Positions 52,630 through 64,000 of a stretch of DNA of 64,000 bases are shown piece by piece. This DNA comes from Cirrosporium novae-zelandiae (taxonomy: Eukaryota). The notes beneath the pieces are model-generated. The model was not told the DNA's origin and ran no database searches. It saw only the letters and a list, made by a program, of their open reading frames with translations. Each line of letters opens with the position of its first letter. The first letter of the stretch is position 1. A program made the position numbers and the translations under genes. The stretch lies in assembly GCA_026023565.1 (NCBI GenBank), contig JAPETS010000030.1:62001-126000 (forward strand), written 5' to 3'.

Positions 52630-52946
52630 ATGGTGGATAAATAGCTTAAGTTTGGCGAGCTAGGAACGAGAACCGGTAGGCTTTTAAATGGGTTGGGCTT
52701 CTGAGATGTTACCTACCAAGCACGGGAGAAATATAACTTTCTAGTTTCTAATGCCGTGAAGTTCGCCATTGCCATACGTTTTGACTCGGGAAATCTACAA
52801 AATCTAGTAATTTTGTTGTACGAGCCCCAACTAATATTTTATTGACTTGTCGTAAATTTGAACGCTAGACATTGTTTTCCATGAACAGTGCCAACAATGC
52901 AGAAATAGCTAAAAGAGTCACATTAATAACCAATCAGCAGATCCAT

Positions 52947-54216
52947 TCAGCCCTCCCCCTCAATGCTATCTACTCCATTCACCCCATCTATGGCTAGCTT
53001 GGTGTCACCAGAACTACTTGCTCCACCTTGTGCTGCTGCTATCCTCTCCTCTTCCTTTAGATCTCTTAACCTCTCAGTCTCCCGTCTCAACTCCTCCAAG
53101 TTCCAGTTATCGTCATCATTATCTTCTTCTTCCTCACTGCTTGACTCATCTTCGCTGCCTTCCCAGCCTCCAGCTTCGAACATTGCCCGGCCAGTAGCCT
53201 CCTTGGCCTTAAGTGCTTGCTCTTCGGCTGCTTTCTTATCCATCCGCTCTTTCTTCCATTTTGCGAATGTTTCTGGTGTTACGGGTGTTAGGTTCCCGGT
53301 TAGCTTATGGCGTTCTGACTCGAGGAACTCCTCCAGGGTTAATGTTTTTAGAGGCGATTTATCCATGAGTGCTTTCTCGGCTGCTCGCTGTTCCTTTGTT
53401 TTGAGGACGAAACTGCAGTATAAAGTCGTTAGGACATGATCCAATATAAAATGTTGCTGGTGCTGTAGAAAGAGGGCCCGTACCCAGGTGGTAAGCTGTG
53501 CTTGTACATGCACTTGTCTCCTCCGTTTGGACAAGCCCAGAACCAACCATATTTCCCGTTCTCCACAGCATCGATAAAATACTTGCACACCTTCTCCGTC
53601 ATTGTCCTAGGATTGCCGTGTTTGCTCAGCACGACCTTCCTCAACTTCTCCTCGTCCCAGTTATCCATTGAATCCTTTTCTTTTTCTTCCTTCTCCTTGT
53701 CTCGGGTATCCTGGTACAGATCCTTCTTCTCCGCTTTCCGTCCAACATTGAGATCATGGGAGAATTTGCACCGTTTCCCTTTCTCACAATGACCCTGTTT
53801 ATAAAATTGGCATAGAACAGTTTTGGGATCGACCCCAAAAGGAACTTTCTGAATTTGTATAGGTTTGAAGAGGTCAGCCGCTTCCCGTTTGGCCTGCTCG
53901 GCGGCGGCTTTCTCCTTCTCCCTCTGTGCCTTTTCTGCTTCTCTTCTCTTCTCATCAGGGGTTTTGGACGAGGCTGCCTGAGCCTGTAGCTGTGCTATTT
54001 GTCTTTTTGCCTGGCCACCTTTTTTCTAGATGTGGGGGGTTAGAGGGCCGAATCCCGATAACAATGGGTATCAAGAACTAACATTTTTCATCCCAAACGT
54101 CTACACTTTAAATTAGTTCAATAATTCTATACACCATAGAGAATAACAGAGCTCACCTTATCTTCTACCGACTTCTTCACCTTGGGCTGATCTTTATTTT
54201 TGTTTTTTGGAGGCAT
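52947..54216 (-). CDS. TMA46: CCCH zinc-finger protein Tma46/DFRP1 (ZC3H15)
   Basis: MPPK...[65 protein letters not shown]. Confidence 0.92.
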
Positions 54217-54702
54217 GATGATGATAATCCAGTCTTTCTATGGTATTATATTGAACTTCTCGTAGCGCAAAGAAATAAATATTTAGACATAAAATTATGG
54301 AGCAATATGACTTTTCCCGGGGAGCTGAGCACTTCCTCTCCTCGAGTTATGAGATAGTTTTATCTTGGAAAGTAAGTTGATCTGATGCACCGGCGATCAG
54401 TTGAGACTATCAGTGTGGAGGTACGGGAAGTTCCACATGCCTTTCAGGGCAAGCGAGCGACAGCTTCGAGGCTGAGGAGCTCTAAGATAGATTGTATGCA
54501 ACAAGTTACCAAGAACGACAAAATATATCCTCCATTATTAAACCCTTTTTTTCTTGATCTACAAGGTAAGGCGCTACATGCAAATAGTTGACTCTGAAAA
54601 TTAATCCAATTCTTCAGCTTTGAAACTTGAAGTGCCTATGAGCGATTGACCTATCTGTCCTCTACCTGTCGAATCGTATTACGACTCCCTCCGCTCGACA
54701 TC

Positions 54703-54876
54703 ATGATTTCCGACGACCAGTTATACACGCTCGCAATTTTCCTCGGCTCGTGTGCCATGCTCCTTATTGTGTTATATCATTTTCTAGAGGTTAATAAGAA
54801 GGAAGACCTTCCAAAAATTACTGGGGAGAAAAATGCGGCCTCCGAGAAATCCAAAGGAAAAGGCTCAGCAAGGTGA
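54703..54876 (+). CDS. OST4: Oligosaccharyltransferase small subunit Ost4; probable 5'UTR intron 54566-54617
   Basis: MISDDQLYTLAIFLGSCAMLLIVLYHFLEVN. Confidence 0.9.
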   Translation: MISDDQLYTLAIFLGSCAMLLIVLYHFLEVNKKEDLPKITGEKNAASEKSKGKGSAR

Positions 54877-55323
54877 TGGGATTCAGCCTGGATTGTTTAC
54901 GTTATGGGCATGGCAAAAGTGGTTCATTTGCTCATCTGTCTACTACTCGGCTTGGGTACTAGCAGAAGACAAGGGCGTTTATCGAGAGTTTACATTGGGA
55001 GAACCCTTGAGGATTTGATCAATCGACCTCATCCCGTGGGAATATGATTAGAGCTGTTATATCCGGCATTCATTGTCTTCATCAACACCGCCCCTAGCCG
55101 GCAGGCTAGAACTCCTCCAACCCAAACCAAACCAATTTCCATTTATATCTGAGCCCTTGTAAATATGAATGCTTGGAGGCAAGTATGCCTTAAAAATATA
55201 TCGGACACCCATCATAGTCAGAAGGCATGTTGTTAAGACCATTATGAGAGTCCTTGAATCATTCGAAAGCCTTTTGAAGAGCTGATATTTGGGTCCAAGT
55301 ATCAACTATAATCAAGCAAGCTA

Positions 55324-58300
55324 CTAGTCATCAACGATGGAATCATCGTCAGTTTCTTCTGCAAGGCCCTCATCATCGATAAGACCCCTTCGTCGGTTCT
55401 CGGTGACGAGAATGCACCCTCCACGGTCGAACCCAAGTCCAGTTTTCGCCTTCTTTCTCTCAATAGACGCTAAGACAGCCTTGGCTTGGTTTTGCGAAGA
55501 TTTGATATCATGAGTACTATTGAAAGCCCGTATAGGCATTGACGCGGCCGGGAGGATCATGCTATCACCAGGCCCTTTATCTGTAGCTGAAGGGGTCAAT
55601 TGCCTACCCGAGGAATCACTGAGGTAATCTACCGATTGGTATCTCAGCGCGCCTGGAGACTGAATTAGTAAAAGGGCCTGGCTAAACATGACGCGCTAAG
55701 ACATACGAGACTGGTTGACTGATGGACCATCCCCAAGTTTCCATGCCAGAGGATCTAAATGCGTTGAATTCATGTGTTCCCAGAAATCTCCTTCTGTACT
55801 GAAATCCAGATCATAACGCACTGGAACAGGTTTTTCGTAGAAAGCCGTCCTCTCCATAATTGTCCTTCCACATCCCTCCCATTTACAAGGAATCCCACCA
55901 AACTCTTCCATCTTTGGATGTAGTTTTCGTACATGTTTACGTAGTGTTTCAAGGTTGTGGAGCTCAGCTCCACACTCCCTCCATCGGCATTTATAAATTT
56001 GAAACTTATCCCCAGGATTTTCTTTCTTTTGCCGTTTGACCAAGTTTTGATTTGATTGGCCACCAGTAGAAGTCGTAGGGACGATAACCTGTATATTAGA
56101 CTTCTTATTTTTTGCACCTGGGGGTCGGCCTCGACGTCTTGGTTTCTGTGCAGAGTTCTCACTCGAGGCAACAGTTGGTTTAGGTGGTCGACCACGACGA
56201 TTTGAAGGTGTTGACATTTTGTTGTTGGAGATGAGTTTTCGTGTAGCAACGTCCGAGCTGAAATAATTTAAGTTCGGTAAATTCCGTGACTGGGGTTCTA
56301 AGAGGAATGTGAGTGCAAAACTGAGAGATGATTGAGAAATACATACGAGGAGTACTGCTAGTCAATTGGTTATCTATGCCATGAATATCTGTCATCTCGG
56401 CGTCGGCATCATATGCATCTTCATTCGCATTGAAGCCAGGCTTTGGTCCACCTGGGTCTACCACATCCCAATCAAAGGTAGATAGATCGCTGGAGTAGGT
56501 AATGTTTCTAAAGTTGTTTAATAGTTTTAGAAGGTGTCCGTTTAGAGGGCGTTCTCTTGGATGTCGACCGGCTGCAATCAGAATGTCCCTGGCAATTGTG
56601 CTTGAGGCATAAGAATTGCGTATGAAAGCTTTATTTTTATTTAACGGTTTCACAACATCTGCATGTCGGAGAGCGTCTCTTCCCCAATCGGTAGTGGCAG
56701 AGCTCGAAAGTTTATATTGAGCAAGGTTTGGTAGCGATGGTTCAGGAACTAGTTGGGCAGATGTTGGTGTGAAGGTATTCACAGGGGGCTTTTCTATATA
56801 AAGTAAGCGAGAGACCATTGTAATTCGTGCACAATCAATTACCAGTATTCGAGTGAAGGGCTGACATATCCTCTTCTTCGTTTTCATCATCAGATAAACC
56901 ATTCGTGAGATCGATAATCTCATCAAAAGACTGCTTTCTCGCGAGGGATTCTTTAGAAGGGGGTCCTAGAGGTCCCATTAGGGTCATAGGGGGAAAATAA
57001 GGCCCAGAGCCCATAGCCATAGCAGCAGTGGTTGGCGGAGCATAAGGTTGGAAGCCTAGGGGCGGATTCCTTGGCAGTAACTGTGGGAACCCAGGTTGAT
57101 ATGGAGATAAATATGAGTCTATTGATGGAGGGTGTGCATGAGTTTGCGGATTTGTGGTATTCGAACTCGTTGAATCAGTTGGGTGGTCGTGTTTATGAAG
57201 TAATTGAAGATATCCAGCCTAAGCACGGTTAGCAACTCAAGGATTTCGAGATGGCTGGGATAGCTCACTCTTCTCTGAAGACGGCACGGCTCGCAGGTGT
57301 AAAAGGATGGTGTTCTTTGATTCACATGGCAGAGGTTACACGGTAGAGAAGGTGCCGGAACACCTTTTGAGCCGTTTCTTCTAGGTCTTCCACGAGACCT
57401 TCTTACACCTTGACCTTGACTAGAGGGAGTAGCCTGCTGTGGAGCAGGTGTGGATGAACCTGAAGTTGAATATTGAGGATTAGATAAAGCCTGATACTGC
57501 GGCCCAAAAACAGTTTGGGTTTGGGGGTTATTGTTACTGGGTGGATTCAAGCCAGGTACGGCATCCAGCAATCGCCTGGCCATATCACGACGATTAAAAA
57601 TAAGACCGCGGCCCTCAAGAGTTTCGCAGAGTTCAATGTAACTTGGGTTTGAATCAAGGAGGTTTTGAAATAATTCAGCAGTGCATTCCCTGTGACTATT
57701 TTCAGGGATGCTGTTCAAGAATTCAACAGCGGCCTCAGAAATTGCTACTTTCTTGTCCTGTGGCCAAACAGTACGCTTAGTGGATATTTCGGGTTGAGGT
57801 GAAGGGGATACGGTTTGAGACGCGGAAGTAGCCCGAGGGGCCTGGAGTTGAACTTGGGATGGAACTTGGGATGGAACTGGGGGTTGAGTTTGGGGAGTGC
57901 GACTGGCTGAAGATGGGGGCCGGGGCATAGGCTGCTGCACTTGCGGAGGGTGAAGGCGAGTCCCTGAAGAAGACTGCCGTGGCGGCAGAATACCAAGTGG
58001 AGGTTTAGGTATAGAGGGTAGTGCTGGGACGTCGGATGATCCCTGAACAGGAGTAGAAACATTTTCAAAGCCAATCCCCGTTTCGCCACGAGATTTTCTC
58101 GCTCTTTTCCGCCTCGAGGCGGGAAATTTACCAATATCAGGCAAATCCTCTGCTTCTGTTGTAGGTTGGAATTGCTCGGTACTAGGGGGCTGTAAGGCTG
58201 GGCTCTGGGTGCTGACTGCTCTCGGGGGAATAGCAGAGCTCAATGCAGGTGATGGAATAGTTACAGAATTCGCAGGTTTCGCAGCAGTCGGACCTCGTTG

Positions 58301-60091
58301 GTTTTTCGGTATCGGTGTAGTCTATGATCGAAAAGTTAGGATTGATATCGAGGACCATTGTGGTATTGCTAACGGAGCATGTAGGGTTTGACTGAAACGT
58401 GAACTATTCGATATATAGGCCGGGCTCCTCTGACACCTCTGGATGGCAAAATACGAGGTACAGTGCATAACACATACCTTCATCTGCTCCCAAATTTCCA
58501 AAAACTTCGATGGGTCTTTAGCTTTGAGTTCGCGCATCCTTTCAAGCATCTTTTTCATCTCTCCTTCCATGTTAGCACCCTCAGATTGTGACACGGCTGG
58601 ATCTGGGCTCGAAGCGTGTTCTTGAGCAGGTTGTGACTCCATCACAGTGTTAGTACTCCCGGGATCTGGTTGGACTTGATTTTGAGTTGGAGGCTCGTTA
58701 TCGTGGCTAGGGCTAGAACTCTCTGGCTGTGTGGGATATTTAATTGCTGGGGATTGGCTTCTCTCTTCGGTTTCGGCAGCAAATTTATGTTTTTCATGCT
58801 CATGAAAATAGGGGTTGAATACTTGGCTTGGATCAACCGTCAATGGAGCATTGGAAAATTGGTTACTAGACTGGCTGTCACTGCAGAAGTTAGTATAAGG
58901 TTTCGAATTTGTAGATGTTTTGTAATGGTACCGGCGGTCATTTGAATCTGCATTAAATTGTGAACTACTGGTAGAGGATCTTCTATTGAGATCGCTAAAA
59001 CCAATCGGTCTCTGGGTAACGGGTGAGCTATTAAAATATGGCTCACGGGAAGATGGCGCCAGTCTTGCTGATGTATTTGCATTTCTAGCCGCTTCCGACA
59101 TCTGAGAACTAGCCTGCGAGCGGACAGAATTTGGCTTAGGGGGTACTGAAGATTGATTATAAACATTCTTTGTATTTTGGGGTTGTGGATTCTGAAGTAT
59201 GTTCAACGGCTGAGTGGCCTGGCCTGTTCCAGAAAATGTATTGGAATTGGAATATCCAAGTTCAGAGAAGTTTCTCGTATCTCTTCCACTCTGGTTACTC
59301 TTCTGCCCCCAGGAGTTTGCAGAGCTGGGTCTAACAGGTTGAGAACTTGGTGAGCTTTTGCCGGCATAGGAAGTTTGCGTATTTATATTCGGGCTTGACT
59401 GTTGCCCGCTTTGCCTACTTTGACCCCTTGGAGGGCGAAATTGAGTTTGTGAGAGAGCTGCACTAGCAGTCGAAGCAGGAGAATTCGGACGTGGCTGATT
59501 GGCGTACCCACCAACAGCATTCGACAGTGCCGCTGTTTGAGTAGGAGATAGAATCCTATTTTGAGTGTATCCTTGATTCTGAGAGCTTTGGTTTGAACCG
59601 GCGGCAGTAGTATTTTGTACTCTAGCACTGGTAGCAGATGTTGGCAGAGTGGAAGCATAGGCAAGATTCCCCAGAGCCGATGTATCGACTTGAGGTTGGC
59701 TTGTCCTCGGATAATAACCCGCCGAGGCATACTGGCTAGCAGAATTATTTAGTCTCTGCGAATCTTCCTGTACCCTTCCAACATTTTGCGCAGAACCTCC
59801 GTACCACAGATTGCTGGGCTGATTACTAGCCATATTTGAAGTCTGATAGGAGGATTGCTGACGGCTTGCGTCCCATGTCGATTGCGGGTAGGCGGACGAA
59901 GAAGCAGACGCAGACGTATATTGGTTGTTATAAGACTGGCTTGCTTGCTGATGGTACTGGTCACCAGATTGATTGTCAGGTTGCTCTGAATATGAGGAAG
60001 GGTAGTAGTCTCCATATGACATGGTTATGAAGTCGGTAAGTTTTGTAAGGGGGCTGTCTCTTGATCCTGACGAGCTGTTAGTAGATGCCAT
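55324..60091 (-). CDS. Large low-complexity nuclear protein with AT-hooks (RGRP) and C2H2-type zinc fingers; ~6 exons
   Basis: Consecutive minus-strand ORFs joined by introns; RGRPRR, RGRPPK, RGRPPG; YKCRWRECGAELHNLETLRKHVRKLH; TIARDILIAAGRHP. Confidence 0.75.
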
Positions 60092-60592
60092 TGATACACG
60101 CGATTGACACCTACGGTTATCAATGGACCAGGGGCAGGCGCGTCGAGCGTAGGCTCATCAACCCTTTTAGATATTCGGACTCTCATATCGCGATCTGGCT
60201 CCGTCGCCACTTTATTAATTCACTCTCATAGCGCCCCCCGTGAATTAAAGCGATTTTATAAAGATTCAAGTTAAAAAGTAGTGAATTCACGATCCAACCA
60301 TGACTCAGAAAAATCAAAATTATAAATTACAAAAGTGGTAATCGTTGGTCGCATCTGTCGCATTCATGGTAGCAAGTATTACGGTCCAATAAAGCCAATC
60401 ATCTCAAGACGAAAGCTCCGAAAACCCTTAGCGCATCCGACTCGGCTCCTGCCCCCTCACGTGACGCACAACTAAGCCAGTCCCCACGAAAAGTTGGAAC
60501 TTGTGGACTCAAGAATTACGACCGACGACAGCACCACCAACCTCAGCAATTCTTCTTAACGGCGGAAGCAATAGCACACACAATCTTTCGCC

Positions 60593-61300
60593 ATGGCCAA
60601 AGTTAACAAAGGTATGGGAACCTTTGTTGATCAGGTGGAAGCTTTTTGGCTTTGCTCGAATTGTTTTGAATTTGAATTTGAATTATACTGATGAAATATA
60701 TGGTTGAGCAGCTGTTCACTCCTCAAGGAGAAAGTCGCGCAAGGATCATTTCAGCGCCCCCTCCAGCGTACGACGTACTATTATGAGCGCACCTTTAAAC
60801 AAGGAGCTCAGAGAAAAATATAATGTATGATCTCCATACCGAATCTCTATTTCTTAGGATCAATCTCTTCCTCGACCCTACATTGATTGAAACCTCATCA
60901 ACGAGACGACCATAACAAATACAAACCCCAAAGAATTACACCCAGCCGTTGAAATTCCTAGTCCATTCCTAGCCCGTTTCTAGCCCATTGAAAACAAAAA
61001 CCCCAACTAAACATTCCCCTCAATCTCTAGGTTCGATCCATCCCCATCCGCAAAGACGACGAAGTCGTAATCACGCGAGGCACCAATAAAGGCCGCGAAG
61101 GAAAAGTGACGTCGGTCTACCGTCTAAAATACGTCATCCACGTGGAGCGTGTTTCCCGAGAAAAGACCAACGGCCAATCCGTCCCCATCGGCATCCACCC
61201 ATCCAAAGTCCAGGTCACGAAGCTCAAGCTTGATAAGGACCGGGAGAGCATTCTGGACCGGGTAGGCAAGGGCCGTGAGATTAAGGCGAAGAAGGAATAG
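60593..61300 (+). CDS. RPL26: 60S ribosomal protein L26 (uL24); 3 exons
   Basis: [46 protein letters not shown]...GIHPSKV. Confidence 0.96.
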
Positions 61301-62262
61301 AGATGATGATGTTGGTTTATGATTGCTTGCGAGAATTGAAGTGATGGGCTAGAGAAATGGGGGGGGGGTTAGGAGGGGACGACTTTTTATCTTTGCTTGC
61401 CTTGCTTGCCTACCTACCCTTGCTCTCGAGAGGATATGTGAACGGGACAGGACCAAGACAAGCGACAAGGCAACAAGCTCAGGCACGAAGGTCTACGGAA
61501 TGTCTTCTTTGCTGCCCGCGGGAGATTCTAGCGGTCGAGAGGGAGAAAGACGTATAAAAAACGCTAGATCAATTACGGGTATGAATGAAAACAAAAATTT
61601 CAAATTTCCTTTTTTTTTTTACTAGGACGACAACGCCTGCGCCAGGTGGTTAGGGATTTACTACAGGTTTGACATCGTTGACTAACCAAGAAGTTTTTGA
61701 ATCCTTTATATTTTTTTTTCTTTTTCAAAGGATCTACTAAACAGCTACACACTACCCGTCCCCCCCCCCTTTTGATTTCTCTCTATTTCCCCCCAACTCT
61801 AGAAACCAACAAAAAAACATCATCCCTCTCCTGTCCCGTCTCCCCCACCCCCAACTTTCTCCAGAGGCAGGCTTGAACATGAGATACCATCCACCCTCCA
61901 AAAAAACCCCCCCAAAACCCTCTTCCCCCAAAAAACAAAACCGCCAGATATCACCCCACATGCCTTTCCACCTCCATGGCGCGTGAGATATAACGACTGA
62001 GCGAAGAAGAAAACGTCAAGATCCTTTTTTTGAATCACCAGGATCTTGTTCTCCCCGGCAGAACTGTCTTGCCCTGAACCATTTTTGGTGTTGAGTGGGA
62101 TGACGGAGTTTTGATGGGTGAGATACATGTTAGTGATTGTTATTATGGTGAGAGGGGATGAAAGGGGGTGGGTGTTTTTCACGTTTTGCACGAAAAGGAA
62201 AAAGGGGGGTTGGGGTTAGAAGTAATAGAAAATGAAATAATTATTCCATCTGAGTAGTCCTA

Positions 62263-62343
62263 ATTGTCGGATGCCGTAAATACCAGGTTGGGTTCAAATC
62301 CCAAAGAGCGCTAGTAATTGGTTACACTGGTATCAGTGTTCTT
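62263..62343 (+). ncRNA. tRNA-like / Pol III B-box structured short element, copy B
   Basis: GGATGCCGTAAATACCAGGTTGGGTTCAAATCCCAAAGAGCGCTAGTAATTGGTTACACTGGTATCAGTG aligns with 30141-30213. Confidence 0.55.
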
Positions 62344-62344
62344 C

Positions 62345-63400
62345 TCTAATTACCTACCTACACACCTACCAGGTACTTGTTACTTATTACATCCATACAT
62401 AACCACGTTCTATATTCTACGTTCTATACCCACCCACCCAAACACCACACATGCAACACACTCAACAGCCAAAAGCCAAGAACTTAAACGCCCTTTTTTT
62501 CATATCTTGTAGGAAGAAGAAGAAGAAGAAGAGGAGAGAGGGGAGGGAAAGGGAAAGGAGATAATTATTTCTATCTATCTGGGTGTGGGTACTGGGTTTG
62601 GGTTTGGGTACCTACCTACCTACCTACACACCTACACACCCAGGTACTTACTCCCTGCTAACTATATCAACATTACAACCAAATGGCAATAGTTCCATAT
62701 TCTATACCCAAACACCACCCAATTTTTCTCCCTCCCCACCATATATGTCATTTTCCGCTTTTCGTAAATATAAAACACACCAAGTCAAGTCCTTTTCCAA
62801 GTCCCTTTCCAATTTTTCATATCCCGTATCCCGTATCATATAAGTATACGATAAAAGATAAAAGAGAAAGCATAATTAACTCAAGCAAAAAAAAAAAAAA
62901 AGGGGGGGGTGGGGATAGTTAAGAGAGAGGGAAATATATATAGGCGGATAAAGAGCTGAGGGAGAGGGAAAAGAAAGGGAAAGGAAAGAGGAGAAGGGGA
63001 GAAGGGGAAGGGGGATGATTTTCTTGTAATTATTGTGGATTATGGGATAGGGTAGGATATAGAGAAAGAAAGAAAGAAAGGAAAGGGGATTTGGGGGTTT
63101 TGGAAAGTTGTGATTGTTAGTTATCTAGTAATTACCTATATAGGTAGATATATCTATGGGGTTTTATGATTGCTTAGGTAATTGTTTTTATTTTTGTTTT
63201 TTATTTTTGTTTTTTGTTTTTGTTTTTTGTTTTTGTTTTTTGTTTTTTATTTTTTATTTTTTATTTTTATTTGGCTGGTACGATATATACATCCATCCAT
63301 CCATCCATCCATCCACCCATATCCACCTATCTACCTATCGATATAATCCTATAACCCCTTAAAACCTCCCACCCCTTCTCCCCTACCCCCTCAACCCCTC
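62345..63400. repeat. Low-complexity intergenic tract ((CCTA)n, (GAA)n, poly-A/G, (TTTTTG)n, (CATC)n)
   Basis: Direct reading. Confidence 0.85.
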
Positions 63401-64000
63401 TCAATACTCAACAACCCCCCCTCCACCACCACAAGTCCCAAACTTCCCATCCCCAACCCCCCTCCCCCTTCCAAACTCCACAAACCGAAACCAACACCTC
63501 CACTCCACACCCCTTAATTCCGGTTCCGGTAGGCTCCAGCCGATACTTGGGAGGGCTAGGAGGATTTCTGAGGTTTCTGTTTCTGTTTTGGGTGAGGGTT
63601 TGGTGTTATTGTTGGGGGTGATGTTTGGATATTTTTTTTGAGTTTCTCCTTCTGTTTCGGGGATGGTTGGGTTTGATGGGAATGGAGAGGGAGAAGGAAA
63701 GGTATGAGGAAGCAGGATAAATATCGCTGGGATGGTCCATCTGGTATCCCCCGGTGCAAATCGTCTAAGCAGATCCGACACATCGAGGTCCCCCTCCCCC
63801 TTCCCATTCATTCCCCCTTTATCTTTCAGCTGTTCAGAGTCTTGTTTTTGATAGGGTCGGAGGAGGAGGGAGTAGGGGGTTAGATTTTTTGTTGTTAGCC
63901 AGAATCGGCCGTCGAAGAGGATGGGGTCGGGGTCGGGGTTGGGGTCATTGTTTTTGAGGTGATTGGGGTAATGTTGTGGTTGTGGGGGAATTGTGTGTGT
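63401..64000 (-). CDS. 3' end of a probable fungal tRNA(Ile)-lysidine synthase (TilS/PP-loop) gene, truncated by window
   Basis: Frame is open upstream of the listed ORF: LFDGRFW...LLLRP...LLRRFAPGDTRWTIPAI...LLALPSI, recalled as the fungal TilS-like C-terminus; the PP-loop itself is not visible. Confidence 0.55.
   Translation of the reverse strand, partial: THTIPPQPQHYPNHLKNNDPNPDPDPILFDGRFWLTTKNLTPYSLLLRPYQKQDSEQLKDKGGMNGKGEGDLDVSDLLRRFAPGDTRWTIPAIFILLPHTFPSPSPFPSNPTIPETEGETQKKYPNITPNNNTKPSPKTETETSEILLALPSIGWSLPEPELRGVEWRCWFRFVEFGRGRGVGDGKFGTCGGGGGVVEY

Overview
Gene-dense, intron-rich filamentous ascomycete (Pezizomycotina, probably Eurotiomycete-like) DNA. Conserved housekeeping genes flank the window: Anp1/Van1-family 3' end, Gea/GBF1 ARF-GEF, SYF1, VMA8 and U1A/U2B'' on the left; YRA1, VPS24, p23/Wos2, TMA46, OST4, a large AT-hook/C2H2 protein, RPL26 and the 3' end of a probable TilS/PP-loop gene on the right. 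Two accessory blocks interrupt them. (i) About 9.7-13 kb: a frameshifted Mx-like dynamin plus a decayed convergent partner gene. (ii) About 20.3-46.6 kb: tyrosinase, GNAT, SDR, PI-PLC-like and TF-like genes, then a compact six-gene cluster with no PKS/NRPS (FAD monooxygenase ending in a PTS1, ABCC transporter, S10 carboxypeptidase, OPT transporter, 2-hydroxyacid dehydrogenase with an in-frame TAG, Zn2Cys6 TF). Notable non-coding signals: two diverged copies of an ~80-nt element with a tRNA T-arm/B-box, a 1068-nt structured YRA1 intron with a stack of decoy branch points, and a dense GATAA array. Gene identities come from motif recognition by eye; no database search was run.
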